Positions 18,473-30,886 of a stretch of 64,000 bases of DNA are shown here, one piece after another. Under the pieces are notes generated by a model. It ran no database searches. It was not told the origin of the DNA and saw only the letters and a program-made list of their open reading frames with translations. Source of the stretch: Bacillota bacterium (GTDB lineage Bacteria; Bacillota; Limnochordia; DTU080); assembly GCA_012840225.1 (NCBI GenBank), contig DULU01000052.1:20483-84482 (forward strand). Reading direction: 5' to 3'. Both the position numbers and the translations under genes were made by a program. The first letter of the stretch is position 1. Every line of letters starts with the position of its first letter.

Positions 18473-19336
18473 ATGAGGCGGCAAAAGATGCACTGGCGGC
18501 GGCAAGCGATGGCATATGCAGGAGTGACGCTGGGCGCACTCCTCGTGGCGATCGGATTGGACTGGCTCCTCGTACCCAACAAAATAGCCGCCGGCGGAGT
18601 GAGCGGCCTCGCCACTGTGTTGCACCACCTCTTCCGCTGGCCGGTAGGCGTCACCATGCTGGCCATCAACATCCCGCTCTTTGCCGCCGCCCTCAAGGTC
18701 AAAGGTCTTGATTTCGGCATCAAGAGCCTTCTCGGCGCTGTTTTGACCAGCATATTCGTGGACCTTTTCGCCCCCTGGGCCGCTCCCGTCACCACCGATC
18801 CGGCCTTGGCCTCCTTTTACGGCGGGGTGATCATCGGCGTGGGCGCCGGCCTGACCATCAGAGCCGGCGGTTCCACCGGCGGCACCGATCTGGCCGCACA
18901 GCTCCTGCACCGCTATACCAACCTTTCGGTGGGGCGGGCTTTGCTTATTGTGGACGGAGTGGTGATCCTATGCGCCGGCCTGGTCTTCCATGCCGAACTC
19001 GCTCTCTGGGCGCTGATCGCCGTCTTTCTCACCACCAAAACCCTGGATCTGGTCCAGGAGGGGCGTAGCGTGGCCAAGATGGCTTTCATCATCTCCGATC
19101 ATGCCAAGGAGATCGCCGCAAAGGTGCTGCGGGAGATGGACCGGGGCGTCACCGCCTTGCAAGGGCGGGGCATGTATTCCGGTCAGGACCGCGAGGTGCT
19201 TTTGGTCATCGTGTCCGGTTCGGAGATCGACTTTTTGCGGCAAGTGGTGCAAATCTGCGATCCGCGGGCCTTTGTGGTGATCACCGACGCCTTTGATGTC
19301 TTGGGGGAAGGATTTCGCACTCATTCCGCCCGTTGA
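18473..19336 (+). CDS. YitT family membrane protein (DUF161/DUF2179)
   Basis: Conserved YitT N-terminal topology (GLDWLLVPNKIAAGGVSGLATVL) and C-terminal DUF2179-like region. Confidence 0.65.
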   Translation: MRRQKMHWRRQAMAYAGVTLGALLVAIGLDWLLVPNKIAAGGVSGLATVLHHLFRWPVGVTMLAINIPLFAAALKVKGLDFGIKSLLGAVLTSIFVDLFAPWAAPVTTDPALASFYGGVIIGVGAGLTIRAGGSTGGTDLAAQLLHRYTNLSVGRALLIVDGVVILCAGLVFHAELALWALIAVFLTTKTLDLVQEGRSVAKMAFIISDHAKEIAAKVLREMDRGVTALQGRGMYSGQDREVLLVIVSGSEIDFLRQVVQICDPRAFVVITDAFDVLGEGFRTHSAR

Positions 19337-19367
19337 TCTGCCGGCCCGGATAAAGTATAATAAAGCA

Positions 19368-20747
19368 ATGAACAACTTCACCAGGCAAAAGAAGATTATC
19401 AGCATAATCATCGTCGCCGCCTTAGTGGTCGGTGTTTCCTGCTTTTTGTCCAGGCGGACCGGCGCCGGCGCCAACGTCGTCGACAGCCCCTTTGAGGACC
19501 TGCGCACCGTCATGGACGTAATCGCCTTAATAAAAATGGAATATGTGGAGCCGGTTTCGGCAGCCGATCTGATGCGGGCCTATCTGGAGAAAGGGACCAT
19601 CAACGGTATGCTGCAGACCGTGTTGAACGACAGGTACACTCGCTATCTCGATCCGCCGGCATATAAGCAGATGCAAATCGATACCACCGGTACCTTTGCC
19701 GGCATCGGCATCACCGTGGGCATGTTGGACGGCCAGGTGACGGTGATCGCCCCCATCCCCAACACCCCCGGCCATCGCCAGGGCTTGCGCAGCGGCGACC
19801 GCATCGTGAAGATCGACGACCGTGATACCCAGTATATGGGCCTCGATGAGGCGGTAAGCCTGATGCGGGGGAAAGAGGGCACCTCCGTTACCCTGACCAT
19901 CGAGCGGGGCAAGAAAGAGAAGAAAGTTTTTGAGGTGACCATCGTCCGGGCGGTGATCGAAGTGCCCAGCATCACCTCGGCCAAGGTGTTGGCCGCCCCG
20001 GAGTGGCCCACGGCCTACCCGATCGGGTATATCCGCATGACCCAGTTCAGCGAGCGCACGGCTCAGGAGCTGGACCAGGCCATGAAAACCCTTGAGGAGC
20101 AGGGCATTCAGGGTTTGGTGCTCGATCTGCGCTACAACCCCGGCGGCCTTTTCACCACGGCTATCGAGGTGGCCGACAGATTCCTGACCGACGGCCCGAT
20201 TGTGCATAAGGTGGGGCGCGGCGGACAATCCAGAGAGACCTACAGCGCCAAGCAGCCCGGCACCTACAGGGCGATGCCCCTGGTGGTGCTGGTCAATGAA
20301 TGGAGCGCCAGCGCCTCCGAGATCGTCTCGGGCGCCTTGCAGGACCAGGGGGTCGCCGTGCTGGTCGGGACCCGCACCTTCGGCAAAGGGCTGGTGCAGT
20401 CCATCATCCCCATGCGGAACGGTTCGGCGCTTTCGCTCACCTCGGATCGCTATCAGACGGCAGGAGGCCGCGATATCGATCAGCAGGGCATTGAACCGGA
20501 TGTGGTAGTCGAGTGGCCCGAGCCCGAAGAAGGAGCTGTCCAGGAAGAGAGCCTGGCGGAAGATGAGGCCGGGGAAGAAGAGAGCGAAGAGATAGTGGAT
20601 GAGCTTCTCCCTCAGGAAGAAGAGGAGTGGCCTCTGCCCGACGATATCCAGCTTCTCAAAGCGCTAGAGGTGCTGCAGGATAAACAGCCCGCTCCGGCGG
20701 CGACACCCGCTGCGGCTTTTGGATGGGAATTGCCGCTCGCCGGATGA
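19368..20747 (+). CDS. ctpB: Carboxyl-terminal processing protease (S41, CtpB-like) with PDZ domain and acidic C-terminal tail
   Basis: N-terminal TM, PDZ (GDRIVKIDD), S41 catalytic region (LVLDLRYNPGG...NEWSASASEIVSGALQD...GKGLVQ). Confidence 0.8.
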   Translation: MNNFTRQKKIISIIIVAALVVGVSCFLSRRTGAGANVVDSPFEDLRTVMDVIALIKMEYVEPVSAADLMRAYLEKGTINGMLQTVLNDRYTRYLDPPAYKQMQIDTTGTFAGIGITVGMLDGQVTVIAPIPNTPGHRQGLRSGDRIVKIDDRDTQYMGLDEAVSLMRGKEGTSVTLTIERGKKEKKVFEVTIVRAVIEVPSITSAKVLAAPEWPTAYPIGYIRMTQFSERTAQELDQAMKTLEEQGIQGLVLDLRYNPGGLFTTAIEVADRFLTDGPIVHKVGRGGQSRETYSAKQPGTYRAMPLVVLVNEWSASASEIVSGALQDQGVAVLVGTRTFGKGLVQSIIPMRNGSALSLTSDRYQTAGGRDIDQQGIEPDVVVEWPEPEEGAVQEESLAEDEAGEEESEEIVDELLPQEEEEWPLPDDIQLLKALEVLQDKQPAPAATPAAAFGWELPLAG

Positions 20748-20795
20748 TGACGACCGCCTTTTCCCGCCTATTTTTGGCAATAGGATATAAGGACC

Positions 20796-22091
20796 ATGAC
20801 CTTGCTTGACTCCTATTGGCAGACAATCAGACTGCTGGTGCGCAGCTTACCTTATTACCTGCAGCGAGAGGATTTTCTGCTCATCATCGGAGTGGTTTTG
20901 TTGCTGGTATACGGGCAATACTCCCGTATTGCCGGCTACGAAAAGCGCCTTTTCGGAGCGGTTTTGCACCCGGCCTGGCCTCAGCTGTGGCGGTCTCTCG
21001 GCATGGGACTGATCGGCGGCCTCCTCGCCACGGCAATTTTCATCTTCACCGGCATTCCCTTAAGCGGGGCGGGGCTGTGGTATGTCTGGCTGGTGGCCAT
21101 ACTGCTCGCTCTCTGGCATCCCCGCTTTATCTGTTTTTCCTATGCCGGGGGATTCATTGCTTTAGCCGGCTTGATCTGGCCGCAGGCGGGCATCAACCCG
21201 CCGGCCATTATGGCGCTGGTGGCCGTGCTGCATCTGGTGGAAGCTTTGTTGATCAAAATCAACGGCGACTATGGCGCCATGCCGGTTTATGTCCGCTACC
21301 GCCCGGACATGCCCGACATGGTGGTCGGCGGCTTTGTCCTGCAGCGCTTTTGGCCGATTCCGCTTATCGCTCTGGTGGCGGTATGGGTAGCGGGGGATCT
21401 GCCGGCCGGCGAGCATGCCGTCATGCCCGACTGGTGGCCGCTGATCCGGCCGCAGGCCGTCTCCGCCGCCACCGACCTCAATCCGGTTTTCACCATGATT
21501 CCCGTGGTGGCGGCCTTGGGTTACAGCGATCTGGTGCTCACCTGCGAGCCGCGGCACAAAGCCGGGCATACGGCTTTCCTCCTCAGCCTCTTCAGTCTGG
21601 TGCTCCTGGGGCTGGCCTATCTCGCCCAGTTCCACCCGCTTTTTGTGGCCCTGGCGGCCCTCTTCTCCATCGCCGGCCATGAAGCGGTGATACACCTGGG
21701 ACGCCGCCGGGAACTCCTGGGCAAGCCGCTTTACCAGGCGGAGGCGGGAGCGATGGTCATGGATGTGCTGCCCGGATCGCCGGCGGCAGTCATGGGGCTG
21801 ACCAGGGGCGACATTATCCGCCGCATTAACGGCGAACCCATCCGCAGCAAGGCGGATGTGGCCAGGGCCATCGAGCCGTGGCTCATAGGTATGGAGATGG
21901 AAGTGACGGGGGCCTTCGACGGCCGCACCCGCACCCTCTACTATAAGGGTAAGGTACCCCCGCTGGGAGTGCTGCTCGTGCCTGAAGCCGGCGACCTTTA
22001 TTTTCTCGACCCCTATCAGGAAAGAGGGGGCTTGAGCCTGGTGAGGCGCTGGTGGCGGCGACTGACGGGAGGCTCCCGGCATGCCCGGTAA
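20796..22091 (+). CDS. minJ: Polytopic membrane protein with C-terminal PDZ domain (MinJ-like)
   Basis: Six or more predicted TM helices then a PDZ domain (VMDVLPGSPAAVMGLTRGDIIRRINGEPIRS). Sits adjacent to ctpB exactly as minJ in B. subtilis. No HExxH, so not a site-2 protease. Confidence 0.55.
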   Translation: MTLLDSYWQTIRLLVRSLPYYLQREDFLLIIGVVLLLVYGQYSRIAGYEKRLFGAVLHPAWPQLWRSLGMGLIGGLLATAIFIFTGIPLSGAGLWYVWLVAILLALWHPRFICFSYAGGFIALAGLIWPQAGINPPAIMALVAVLHLVEALLIKINGDYGAMPVYVRYRPDMPDMVVGGFVLQRFWPIPLIALVAVWVAGDLPAGEHAVMPDWWPLIRPQAVSAATDLNPVFTMIPVVAALGYSDLVLTCEPRHKAGHTAFLLSLFSLVLLGLAYLAQFHPLFVALAALFSIAGHEAVIHLGRRRELLGKPLYQAEAGAMVMDVLPGSPAAVMGLTRGDIIRRINGEPIRSKADVARAIEPWLIGMEMEVTGAFDGRTRTLYYKGKVPPLGVLLVPEAGDLYFLDPYQERGGLSLVRRWWRRLTGGSRHAR

Positions 22092-23127
22092 TAACTCGGA
22101 GAATCCGGGTGGGCGGCGACAGCTGGGCGGACAGCGGCGCCCGGACCGCTTATCCCTGGCCGGCCTGGCGGTGCTGCTGTTCCTGGCGCTTTTGGCGGGC
22201 TGCTACCTCCTGAAAGCCGTTTTTCCCTCCAGGAGTGTCCCTGTCACGGCTCCCCCTGCTGTTGTGCCGCCTTCCGAAACCGTGCCGCCCCTGCCCGAGG
22301 AGGAGGAAGAGGAGGCAGTCCTCAACGGGGCGGAGGCAGAGACCACCCCGGACCGGCGGGCGCTGCTGGAAATCATGGAAAGATCCTGGATCGCCCATCA
22401 GGAAGGCGACCGTCCCAAGCTGGCCTTGATCATCGACGACTGGGGCTATTACCGGCAAGCCGAAAATGATTTTCTGCAGATGGATCTGCCGCTTTCCATC
22501 GCCGTCCTCCCTTATCTCGGCCGCTCCCGCTCCGACGCCCTGGCGGCTCAGGAGGCGGGTTTCGATGTGCTGCTGCATTTGCCGATGGAGCCGGGGGGAG
22601 AGGATGAAACCCTGGTCAACGGGCAGAAAGGGATGATCACCACCTCCCAGAGCGATGAGGAGGTGAGAGCGGCCGTGGCCCAGGCTTTGGCCGAGGTGCC
22701 AGGGGCTATAGCCGTAAACAACCACATGGGCTCGAAGGCCACGGCCGATCTCCGGGTGATGCGGGCAGTTCTGGCTACCATAAAGGAGAACGGGCTCTTC
22801 TTTGTGGACAGCCGGACCACCGCTGCCACCAAAGGGCTGGTGGTAGGCGTGGAGCTGGACATGCCGGTGCTGGAGAGGGCCGTTTTCCTTGACGACCAGG
22901 ATGATGAGGAATATATCCGCTCCCAGCTGCTCAAGGCCGCCAGGATCGCCATGGCTGGGGGTTATGCCGTGGCCATCGGTCATGTCAGGGCGGCGACGGC
23001 CCGGGCCATTGCCGGAACGGTGGAGGAAATCAAGGATATGGGCGTTGCTCTGGTGCGCGTTTCGGAGTTGGTGTCTTCTGATAAAATAATTCTGCCGGAG
23101 TGGAAAAAGGAGCAGGAGATGGAATAG
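22081..23127 (+). CDS. Divergent polysaccharide deacetylase family protein (YibQ-like), probable lipoprotein
   Basis: Lipobox-like LLAGC after the signal region. ALIIDDWGY...VLPYLG...[11 protein letters not shown] motifs are typical of the YibQ family. Confidence 0.6.
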   Translation: MPGNNSENPGGRRQLGGQRRPDRLSLAGLAVLLFLALLAGCYLLKAVFPSRSVPVTAPPAVVPPSETVPPLPEEEEEEAVLNGAEAETTPDRRALLEIMERSWIAHQEGDRPKLALIIDDWGYYRQAENDFLQMDLPLSIAVLPYLGRSRSDALAAQEAGFDVLLHLPMEPGGEDETLVNGQKGMITTSQSDEEVRAAVAQALAEVPGAIAVNNHMGSKATADLRVMRAVLATIKENGLFFVDSRTTAATKGLVVGVELDMPVLERAVFLDDQDDEEYIRSQLLKAARIAMAGGYAVAIGHVRAATARAIAGTVEEIKDMGVALVRVSELVSSDKIILPEWKKEQEME

Positions 23128-23216
23128 AGAAAGCGAATACCAAAGACGCTTCGGGAATAAGTGTTCGGCGCATTGGTGTTCGCCTGATGGTATTTCATGG
23201 AAGGTGTGGGCAAGGC

Positions 23217-25277
23217 ATGATGAGCAAAGCAGCCGGTGCCGCGTCCGGGCGGGCGCGCAAGCCGCCGGCTCAACCGTTCGAGGTGGTATCCGACTACCGA
23301 CCGGCAGGCGACCAGCCTCAAGCCATCGATGAACTGGTGGCGGCCGTGGAAGCCGGCGAGCGCTTCATCACCCTCCTAGGCGCCACCGGCACCGGGAAAA
23401 CCTATACCATGGCCAAGGTGATCGAACGGCTGCAGCGCCCCGCCTTGGTCATCGCGCACAACAAGATTCTCGCCGCCCAGCTCTGCAGCGAGTTCAGATC
23501 CTTTTTCCCCAAAAACGCCGTACATTATTTCGTCAGCTATTACGATTATTACCAGCCGGAGGCTTATGTGCCCCAGACCGATTTATATATCGAAAAAGAC
23601 GCCTCCATCAACGAAGAGATCGATCGCCTGCGTCACGCCGCCACCAGTTCTCTATTTGAGCGCCGGGACGTCCTGATCGTCGCCAGCGTTTCCTGCATCT
23701 ATGGGCTGGGCTCGCCGGCCGCCTACCTGGACATGACGGTCAGTCTGTCGGTGGGGGAGTGCCGGGACAGGGACGACATCCTGCGCCGGTTGGTGGCCAT
23801 GCAGTATAAACGCAACGACATCGGCTTCAAGCGGGGTACTTTCCGGGTGCGGGGCGATGTGATCGAGGTGATTCCCATCTACGAAGAGAACGTCATCCGC
23901 ATCGATCTCTTCGGCGATGAGGTGGAGCGTCTCCTCATGCTCGACCCGCTCACCGGCGAGGTGCTGGATGTTTTGGACAGCATCACCATCTATCCGGCTA
24001 CGCACTATATGACCCCGGAGGAGCAGATGACCAAAGCTTTGGCCAGCATCGAAGCCGAACTGGAGGAGCAGCTGGCCATCCTGCGCCGCCAGGGCAAGCT
24101 GCTGGAGGCGCAGCGGCTCGAGCAGCGCACCCGCTACGACCTGGAGATGATGCGGGAGGTGGGCTACTGCCAGGGTATCGAGAACTATTCCCGCCACCTC
24201 GACCAGCGCCAGGCGGGAGAGCCGCCGGCCACCCTGCTCGATTATTTCCCCCAGGACTACCTGATCATTGTGGACGAATCCCACCAGACCCTGCCGCAGG
24301 TGCGGGGGATGTATCACGGGGACCGCTCCCGCAAGGAGACGCTGGTGGAATATGGTTTCCGCCTGCCTTCGGCGCTCGACAACCGCCCCCTCACCTGGGA
24401 TGAATTCTATGAACGCATGCACCAGGCGGTATTCACCTCGGCCACCCCCGGCCCCTTTGAGCGGCAGGTCAGCTCCCGGGTGGTGGAGCAGATCATCAGG
24501 CCGACCGGCCTGGTCGATCCGGAGGTGGAAGTGCGGCCGGTAAGCGGGCAGATCGACGACCTGATAGCCGAGATCCGCCAGGTGGTTGCCAGGGGCGAGC
24601 GGGTGCTGATCACCACCCTCACCCGCAAGATGGCCGAAGACCTGACCGACTACCTGGCCGACGTGGGCATAAAGGTGCGCTACATGCACTATGAGATAGA
24701 AGCCCTGGAGCGAGTGGAGATCATCCGCAACCTGCGCCTGGGCAAGTTCGATGTGCTGGTGGGCATCAACCTCCTCCGGGAGGGTCTGGATCTGCCGGAG
24801 GTGTCCCTGGTGGCCATCCTCGATGCCGACAAGGAAGGCTTCCTGCGCTCGGAAACCTCGCTCATCCAGACCATCGGCCGGGCGGCCCGGAACGTGCACG
24901 GCAAGGTGATCATGTATGCCGACCAGATCACCGATTCCATGAGGCGGGCCATTGACGAGACGAACCGCCGGCGCGCCGTGCAGTTGGCTTTCAACCAAAA
25001 GCATGGCATCACGCCGGAAACGGTGCGCAAGGCCATACACGACTCCCTGCGGGTGGCCTCCGAGGAAGAAGCGGAAGCCAAGGCCAGGGACAAGAAGGCT
25101 CAGGCGAAAGCGGCGGCCGCCCGTCGGGTGGCGGCTTTGGATGCCAAGACGGTGGCCGCCCAGATCAAGAAACTGGAGGCCGCGATGATGGCGGCGGCGG
25201 AGAAGCTGGAGTTCGAGAAAGCCGCCGAGCTGCGGGATGAGATTGCCGAGCTGCGGGAACTGCTCGTGGAGTTATAA
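23217..25277 (+). CDS. uvrB: Excinuclease ABC subunit B UvrB
   Basis: [21 protein letters not shown]...[12 protein letters not shown]...[19 protein letters not shown]... C-terminal UVR domain ([15 protein letters not shown]). Confidence 0.95.
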   Translation: MMSKAAGAASGRARKPPAQPFEVVSDYRPAGDQPQAIDELVAAVEAGERFITLLGATGTGKTYTMAKVIERLQRPALVIAHNKILAAQLCSEFRSFFPKNAVHYFVSYYDYYQPEAYVPQTDLYIEKDASINEEIDRLRHAATSSLFERRDVLIVASVSCIYGLGSPAAYLDMTVSLSVGECRDRDDILRRLVAMQYKRNDIGFKRGTFRVRGDVIEVIPIYEENVIRIDLFGDEVERLLMLDPLTGEVLDVLDSITIYPATHYMTPEEQMTKALASIEAELEEQLAILRRQGKLLEAQRLEQRTRYDLEMMREVGYCQGIENYSRHLDQRQAGEPPATLLDYFPQDYLIIVDESHQTLPQVRGMYHGDRSRKETLVEYGFRLPSALDNRPLTWDEFYERMHQAVFTSATPGPFERQVSSRVVEQIIRPTGLVDPEVEVRPVSGQIDDLIAEIRQVVARGERVLITTLTRKMAEDLTDYLADVGIKVRYMHYEIEALERVEIIRNLRLGKFDVLVGINLLREGLDLPEVSLVAILDADKEGFLRSETSLIQTIGRAARNVHGKVIMYADQITDSMRRAIDETNRRRAVQLAFNQKHGITPETVRKAIHDSLRVASEEEAEAKARDKKAQAKAAAARRVAALDAKTVAAQIKKLEAAMMAAAEKLEFEKAAELRDEIAELRELLVEL

Positions 25278-25305
25278 TAATAATATTTATATTAAATTTA
25301 AAGGG

Positions 25306-28170
25306 ATGAAGCTCTTGAGCAACGGTGTCATCCGCGTGAAAGGGGCGCGGCAACACAACCTGAAAAATATCGATCTGGAGATCCCCCGCGGCAAACTGGT
25401 GGTCTTCACCGGCTTGTCGGGTTCGGGGAAATCGTCTCTGGCGTTTGATACCATCTATGCCGAAGGGCAGCGGCGTTACGTGGAATCCTTGTCCGCCTAT
25501 GCCCGGCAGTTTCTGGGCCAGATGGACAAGCCGGATGTGGACTTCATCGAAGGCCTCTCGCCGGCCATCTCCATCGACCAGAAGACCACCAGCCGCAATC
25601 CCCGCTCCACCGTGGGCACGGTGACCGAAATCTATGATTACCTCCGCCTGTTATATGCCCGCATCGGCCGGCCGCACTGCCCCACCTGCGGCAAGCCCAT
25701 CCGGCAGCAGTCGGTGGAGCAGATCGTCGACCAGGTGCTGGCCTTGGGCGAAGGGACCAGGATCCAGATCCTGGCGCCGGTGGTCAGAGGGCGGAAAGGG
25801 GAATACAAAAAGCTCCTGGAGGAGATCAGGAAGGACGGCTTCGCCCGCGTCAAGATTGACGGGGAGATCTATGAGGTGGGGGACACTCCCGAGCTCGACA
25901 AGAACAAAAAGCACGACATTGCGGTGGTGGTGGACCGCATCGTGGTGCGCTCCGAGATCGTCGCCCGCATCACCGACTCGATGGAGACCGCCCTGAAGCG
26001 GGGCGAAGGGGTGGTGATCATCGACGTGATCGGCCGGGAAGAGCTGATCTTTTCCGAAGCCTTTGCCTGTGTGGACTGCGGTTTCAGCTTTGAGGAGCTG
26101 ACGCCGCGCATGTTCTCCTTCAACAGCCCCTTCGGTGCCTGTCCCAAGTGCAGCGGCCTGGGAGAACGCCTGGAGATCGATCCGGAGCTGGTGCTGGACA
26201 AAAGCCTCTCCATCAGCGCAGGGGGCATCATCCCCTGGCGCAACAGTGCCAGCAAATGGCTGTCGAGCATGCTCAACGGCCTGTGCCGTGATTATAATAT
26301 CGACCCCAAGGCGCCGCTGGCCGAGTTGTCCGCCGAGCAGCTCAACGCCATCCTCTACGGCACCAAGGGACGGCAGATCAATTTCCCCTATACCAACAAA
26401 AGTGGCCGCACCCGCATCTTCACCTCCACCTTCCCCGGAGTGGTGAACCAGCTGCAGCGGCATTATCAGGAGACCTCGAGCGATTATATTAGAAACCAGA
26501 TCGAACAGTTTATGAGCACCCGCCCCTGCCCGGAGTGCCGGGGCAAGCGCCTCAAGCCGGAGAGCCTGGCCGTGACCGTCGGCGGCCTCAACATCATGCA
26601 GCTCACCGCCAAATCCGTGGACGAGGCCCGGAGTTTCTTCCAGGATCTGGCGCTCACCGAGCGGGAGGAACTCATCGCCCGCCAGCTCAAGAAGGAGATT
26701 CTGGCCCGGCTCGACTTCCTGACCAATGTCGGTTTGGGCTATCTTACCCTGGACCGGTCGGCCGGCAGCCTCTCGGGCGGCGAGGCGCAGCGCATCCGCC
26801 TGGCCACCCAGATCGGCTCCAGCCTGGTGGGGGTGCTATATATCCTCGACGAACCGAGCATCGGCCTGCACCAGAGGGACAATCACCGCCTCTTGGATAC
26901 GCTCAAGTCCCTGCGTGACCTGGGTAACACGGTGATCGTGGTAGAGCACGACGAGGAGACCATCAGAGCGGCGGACTTCCTGGTGGATATCGGTCCGGGG
27001 GCCGGGGTGCACGGCGGCGAGGTGGTGGCTGCCGGAACCATCGAGGATGTCATTGCCGCCCCGCGTTCTGTAACCGGCCAATTCCTGAGCGGCAAGCGCG
27101 CCATCCCCGTGCCGGCGGTGCGGCGGCCGACCAATGATAAATGGCTGACCATCAAAGGAGCCCGGGAACATAATCTGAAAAACATCGACGTGGCCATCCC
27201 CCTCGGGGTGTTCGTCTGTGTGACGGGCGTCTCCGGTTCGGGCAAGAGCACCCTGATCAACGAGATCCTCTACAAGCGGCTCGCCAGGGAGCTCAACCGG
27301 GCCAACACCCATGCCGGCGCTCACGACGCTATAGAGGGGCTGGAATATCTCTCCAAGGTGATCGATATCGACCAGTCGCCCATCGGCCGCACCCCCCGCT
27401 CCAACCCGGCCACCTATACCGGCGCCTTTGACGGCATCCGCCAGCTTTTTGCGGAGACGGTCGAAGCCAAGATGCGCGGTTATGGCCCGGGCCGCTTCAG
27501 CTTCAACATCAAGGGTGGCCGCTGCGAGGCCTGCCAGGGCGACGGCATCATCAAGATCGAGATGCATTTCCTGCCCGATGTCTATGTGCCCTGCGAGGTG
27601 TGCAAGGGGCGACGCTATAACCGCGAGACCCTCGAGGTGAAATATAAGGGCCACTCCATTGCCGATGTCCTGAATATGACGGTGGAGGAAGCCTGCGAGC
27701 TTTTCCGGCATATCCCGCGCATCAGCCGCAAACTCGAGACCCTTTTCGATGTGGGTTTGGGTTACATCACCCTCGGACAGTCGGCCACCACCCTCTCAGG
27801 CGGCGAAGCCCAGCGGGTGAAGCTCGCCACTGAACTGGCCAGGCGCAGCAACGGTAAAACCTTATATATCCTCGATGAGCCCACCACCGGCCTGCATATG
27901 GCCGATGTGGAGAAGCTCCTTTCCGTCCTGCACCGGCTGGTGGAGTCGGGCGACACGGTGGTGGTAATCGAGCATAACCTGGATGTGGTGAAGACGGCCG
28001 ACTATATCATCGACCTGGGGCCGGAGGGCGGCCATGAGGGCGGTCGGGTGGTGGCGACCGGTACACCCGAGGAAGTGGCCCAGGTGCCGGCGTCCTATAC
28101 AGGACAATTTCTCAGGCGCATCCTGGAAGCTGAAGCTCATCGGTCCAGGGAGGCGATAGCCGTCAAATGA
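25306..28170 (+). CDS. uvrA: Excinuclease ABC subunit A UvrA
   Basis: Two ABC ATPase modules ([35 protein letters not shown]; [11 protein letters not shown]) and Zn-finger CxxC motifs. Confidence 0.95.
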   Translation: MKLLSNGVIRVKGARQHNLKNIDLEIPRGKLVVFTGLSGSGKSSLAFDTIYAEGQRRYVESLSAYARQFLGQMDKPDVDFIEGLSPAISIDQKTTSRNPRSTVGTVTEIYDYLRLLYARIGRPHCPTCGKPIRQQSVEQIVDQVLALGEGTRIQILAPVVRGRKGEYKKLLEEIRKDGFARVKIDGEIYEVGDTPELDKNKKHDIAVVVDRIVVRSEIVARITDSMETALKRGEGVVIIDVIGREELIFSEAFACVDCGFSFEELTPRMFSFNSPFGACPKCSGLGERLEIDPELVLDKSLSISAGGIIPWRNSASKWLSSMLNGLCRDYNIDPKAPLAELSAEQLNAILYGTKGRQINFPYTNKSGRTRIFTSTFPGVVNQLQRHYQETSSDYIRNQIEQFMSTRPCPECRGKRLKPESLAVTVGGLNIMQLTAKSVDEARSFFQDLALTEREELIARQLKKEILARLDFLTNVGLGYLTLDRSAGSLSGGEAQRIRLATQIGSSLVGVLYILDEPSIGLHQRDNHRLLDTLKSLRDLGNTVIVVEHDEETIRAADFLVDIGPGAGVHGGEVVAAGTIEDVIAAPRSVTGQFLSGKRAIPVPAVRRPTNDKWLTIKGAREHNLKNIDVAIPLGVFVCVTGVSGSGKSTLINEILYKRLARELNRANTHAGAHDAIEGLEYLSKVIDIDQSPIGRTPRSNPATYTGAFDGIRQLFAETVEAKMRGYGPGRFSFNIKGGRCEACQGDGIIKIEMHFLPDVYVPCEVCKGRRYNRETLEVKYKGHSIADVLNMTVEEACELFRHIPRISRKLETLFDVGLGYITLGQSATTLSGGEAQRVKLATELARRSNGKTLYILDEPTTGLHMADVEKLLSVLHRLVESGDTVVVIEHNLDVVKTADYIIDLGPEGGHEGGRVVATGTPEEVAQVPASYTGQFLRRILEAEAHRSREAIAVK

Positions 28171-30251
28171 AGGCTCCGGACCAGCTCCCAGAGACCCTGC
28201 AGGAAAAACTGAAGCACATTCCCAACCGCCCCGGCGTCTACCTGATGAAAAACGAAGCCGGCGAAGTGATCTATGTCGGCAAAGCGGTCTCCCTGCGCCA
28301 GCGGGTGCGCAGCTATTTCCAGAAAAGCCGGGATGCCGGCGCCAAAGTGGCGGCGATGGTCAACCACGTCGCCGATTTTGATTACATCGTCACCGCCTCC
28401 GAGCTGGAAGCCCTGATCTTGGAGTGCAACCTGATCAAAGAGCACGAGCCCTGGTATAACATCCGCCTGAAAGACGACAAAAGTTATCCTTACATCATGC
28501 TGAGCAACGAACCCTTTCCCCGCCTGTCGGTGGTGCGCCGTCCCAAGGCGGAGGACCGGGTCTTCGGCCCATATACCGATGTGAAGGCGGTGCGCGGCAC
28601 CCTGGATCTCCTGCGCAAGTTGTTTCCCTTACGCACCTGCACCCTGGATCTCTCTAAAAATAGGCAGCATCGTCCCTGCCTGCTGTATCACATCGGGCGC
28701 TGCGGGGCGCCGTGCGCCGGCCTGCAGGATGAGGCAGATTACCAGGAGACGGTGGACCAGGTGGTGCTCTTCCTGCAAGGCCGGCAGTCGGAGATCATCT
28801 CCATGCTGCGGGCCCGCATGACCAAGGCCGCCGCCGCCCTGGAGTTCGAGAAAGCCGCCCGCCTGCGCGATCAGATCGCCGCCATCGAAAAGGTGATCGA
28901 ACGCCAGAAAATCGTCTCCGAAGCCAAAGTCGACCAGGATGTGCTGGGTTTGGCTGTCGCCGCCGATCTGGCCTGCATGCAGGTCCTTATGGTGCGGAGC
29001 GGCAAGATGGTGGGGAACGATCACTTTTTCCTGGATGTGGGCGAGGAGGACGACCAGGGCCGCATCATCGCCGCCTTTATCCAGCAATATTATGCGGAAG
29101 CCAGGATGATTCCGAAGGAGATACTGCTGCCCGGCGAGGTGGAGTCCCCGGCGGTGCTCGAGAAATGGCTCGGCCGGATCAAGGCGGGGCTGGAGCAGGG
29201 TGCCCGGCCGCCGGCGGTGGTCGGGGCTGCGCAGGGTGGGGCTGATGTGGGAGAAGTGAAAGATGAGGGAGATATGGGAGCTGAGAGAGATGTTGGAGCT
29301 GAGAGCGATGTAGGAGATGAGGGGGAGGAGAGCGGCGCCACAGGGAAGAGGCGCGACGGCCGCCGGGTGTATCTCCTGGTGCCTAAAAGAGGCTACAAGC
29401 GCCAGCTGGTGGAGATGGCCATAGAGAATGCCCGCCTGGTGTTGAAGGAGCGGGTGGAGCGGGAGAACCTGCGCCGCAGCCGGAACCAGGCCGGGCTGGT
29501 GGAATTGCAGGAACTGCTGGGCCTCCCGGCCCCGCCGGCGGTTATAGAAGCCTATGATATCTCCAACTTCCAGGGCGACGAAGTGGTGGCTTCCATGGTC
29601 ACCATGGTGGACGGGGAGCCGGACAGCTCGGGTTATCGCCGCTTCCGCATCCGCGGCTTTGCCGGCCAGGACGATTTTGCCGCCATGAAGGAAGTGGTGC
29701 GGCGCCGCTTTACCAGGGGCCTGAAGGAGCAGGCGGAACTGGCGGCCCTGCCGGAAGAGGAGCGGACGGCGGCGCTGCCCAATATGCGCTTTGCCCGCTT
29801 TCCCGATCTTATCTTGATCGACGGCGGTAAAGGGCAGCTTAACTCAGCGCTGGAGGCTTTGGCGGAAGTCGGCCGGCCGGATATCGCCGCCGTTGGGCTC
29901 GCCAAACGCCTGGAAGAGGTGGTGCTCCCCGGGCAGGACGAGACCCTGCGCCTGCCGGGCAATTCTCAAGCCCTGCAGCTCCTGATGCGCATTCGGGATG
30001 AAGCCCATCGCTTTGCCGTCACCTACCACCGCCAGCTGCGGGCCAAGAAGACCGCCGCTTCGGTGCTGGACGAAATTGAGGGAATAGGTCCCAAGCGCAA
30101 GCGCCTTTTGCTCAAGCATTTCGGCTCGCTGCGGGCGGTGCGCGCCGCCACCCTGGAAGAGCTGAAAGCTGTACCGGGTCTGCCGGCCGAGGTGGCGGAA
30201 CGTATAGCCAAACAGCTGGGGAATAAGGAAGGCGGATCTCCTTCACCTTAA
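28167..30251 (+). CDS. uvrC: Excinuclease ABC subunit C UvrC (with acidic low-complexity insertion)
   Basis: GIY-YIG N-terminus ([29 protein letters not shown]), UVR domain, RNaseH-like/(HhH)2 C-terminus. ATG overlaps the uvrA stop. Confidence 0.9.
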   Translation: MKAPDQLPETLQEKLKHIPNRPGVYLMKNEAGEVIYVGKAVSLRQRVRSYFQKSRDAGAKVAAMVNHVADFDYIVTASELEALILECNLIKEHEPWYNIRLKDDKSYPYIMLSNEPFPRLSVVRRPKAEDRVFGPYTDVKAVRGTLDLLRKLFPLRTCTLDLSKNRQHRPCLLYHIGRCGAPCAGLQDEADYQETVDQVVLFLQGRQSEIISMLRARMTKAAAALEFEKAARLRDQIAAIEKVIERQKIVSEAKVDQDVLGLAVAADLACMQVLMVRSGKMVGNDHFFLDVGEEDDQGRIIAAFIQQYYAEARMIPKEILLPGEVESPAVLEKWLGRIKAGLEQGARPPAVVGAAQGGADVGEVKDEGDMGAERDVGAESDVGDEGEESGATGKRRDGRRVYLLVPKRGYKRQLVEMAIENARLVLKERVERENLRRSRNQAGLVELQELLGLPAPPAVIEAYDISNFQGDEVVASMVTMVDGEPDSSGYRRFRIRGFAGQDDFAAMKEVVRRRFTRGLKEQAELAALPEEERTAALPNMRFARFPDLILIDGGKGQLNSALEALAEVGRPDIAAVGLAKRLEEVVLPGQDETLRLPGNSQALQLLMRIRDEAHRFAVTYHRQLRAKKTAASVLDEIEGIGPKRKRLLLKHFGSLRAVRAATLEELKAVPGLPAEVAERIAKQLGNKEGGSPSP

Positions 30252-30481
30252 TATCCGTCAGCTCACTTTAAACTCTCTGATGATAGCCTTTCATTATTGC
30301 TGCCTGCCATTAAAAATATTAAGCTGTGACATTAATATTTATCATAAATCCCTTGACAAAGACGCGCCGGCGGCGCAAAATGTTGATGTCAATATATGCC
30401 GGCTCAGCCAGCGCATGGAGGGAGGCAAAGCCGGCACGGCCGCGGCTCGTTATTGAAGGACGGAAAGGAGTTGGGGGATGT

Positions 30482-30856
30482 ATGAGAAAACGACCTGCTC
30501 CGGGCACTTGTCCCGTATGCGGAGAGAGGATGCATTTGACCAGACTGGCTTGCGAAACCTGCGGCAGCAGCCTGGAAGGGCGGTTTGAACTATGCCGGTT
30601 TTGCCGCCTCACACCCGAACAACAGCAGTTTGTGGAAGTGTTCCTGGTGAACAGGGGGAACATCAGGGAGATGGAAAGGGTGCTGGGCATTTCCTATCCC
30701 ACCGTGCGCAGCCGGCTGGATGCCATCATCGAGACTCTGGGTTACACGGTGAACCGGGAAGATCAGGTCGACCAGGAGAAGCGCCGGGCGATCTTGGAGG
30801 CTTTGGAGAAGGGCGAGTTGAGTGTTTCGGAAGCGTTGCAGCGTCTGAAAAGCTGA
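30482..30856 (+). CDS. DUF2089-type protein (zinc ribbon + HTH)
   Basis: CPVCGERMHLTRLACETCG zinc ribbon followed by an HTH-like region (IREMERVLGISYPTVRSRLD). Strong RBS GGAGTTGGGGGATGT before the ATG. Confidence 0.6.
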   Translation: MRKRPAPGTCPVCGERMHLTRLACETCGSSLEGRFELCRFCRLTPEQQQFVEVFLVNRGNIREMERVLGISYPTVRSRLDAIIETLGYTVNREDQVDQEKRRAILEALEKGELSVSEALQRLKS

Positions 30857-30886
30857 AACTTGGTTTTTGGCATGGAGGTGCGAGGG

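Noticed and set aside
21162-22082. 306-aa minus-strand ORF opposite the MinJ-like gene
   Set aside because: Antisense to a gene with clear TM/PDZ architecture. His/Arg/Gly-rich low-complexity translation.
23652-25040. 462-aa minus-strand ORF inside uvrB
   Set aside because: Antisense shadow ORF of uvrB in GC-rich sequence, with no recognisable domain.
25651-26463. 270-aa minus-strand ORF inside uvrA and several 60-130-aa overlapping ORFs in both genes
   Set aside because: Shadow ORFs, and uvrA is unambiguous on the plus strand.
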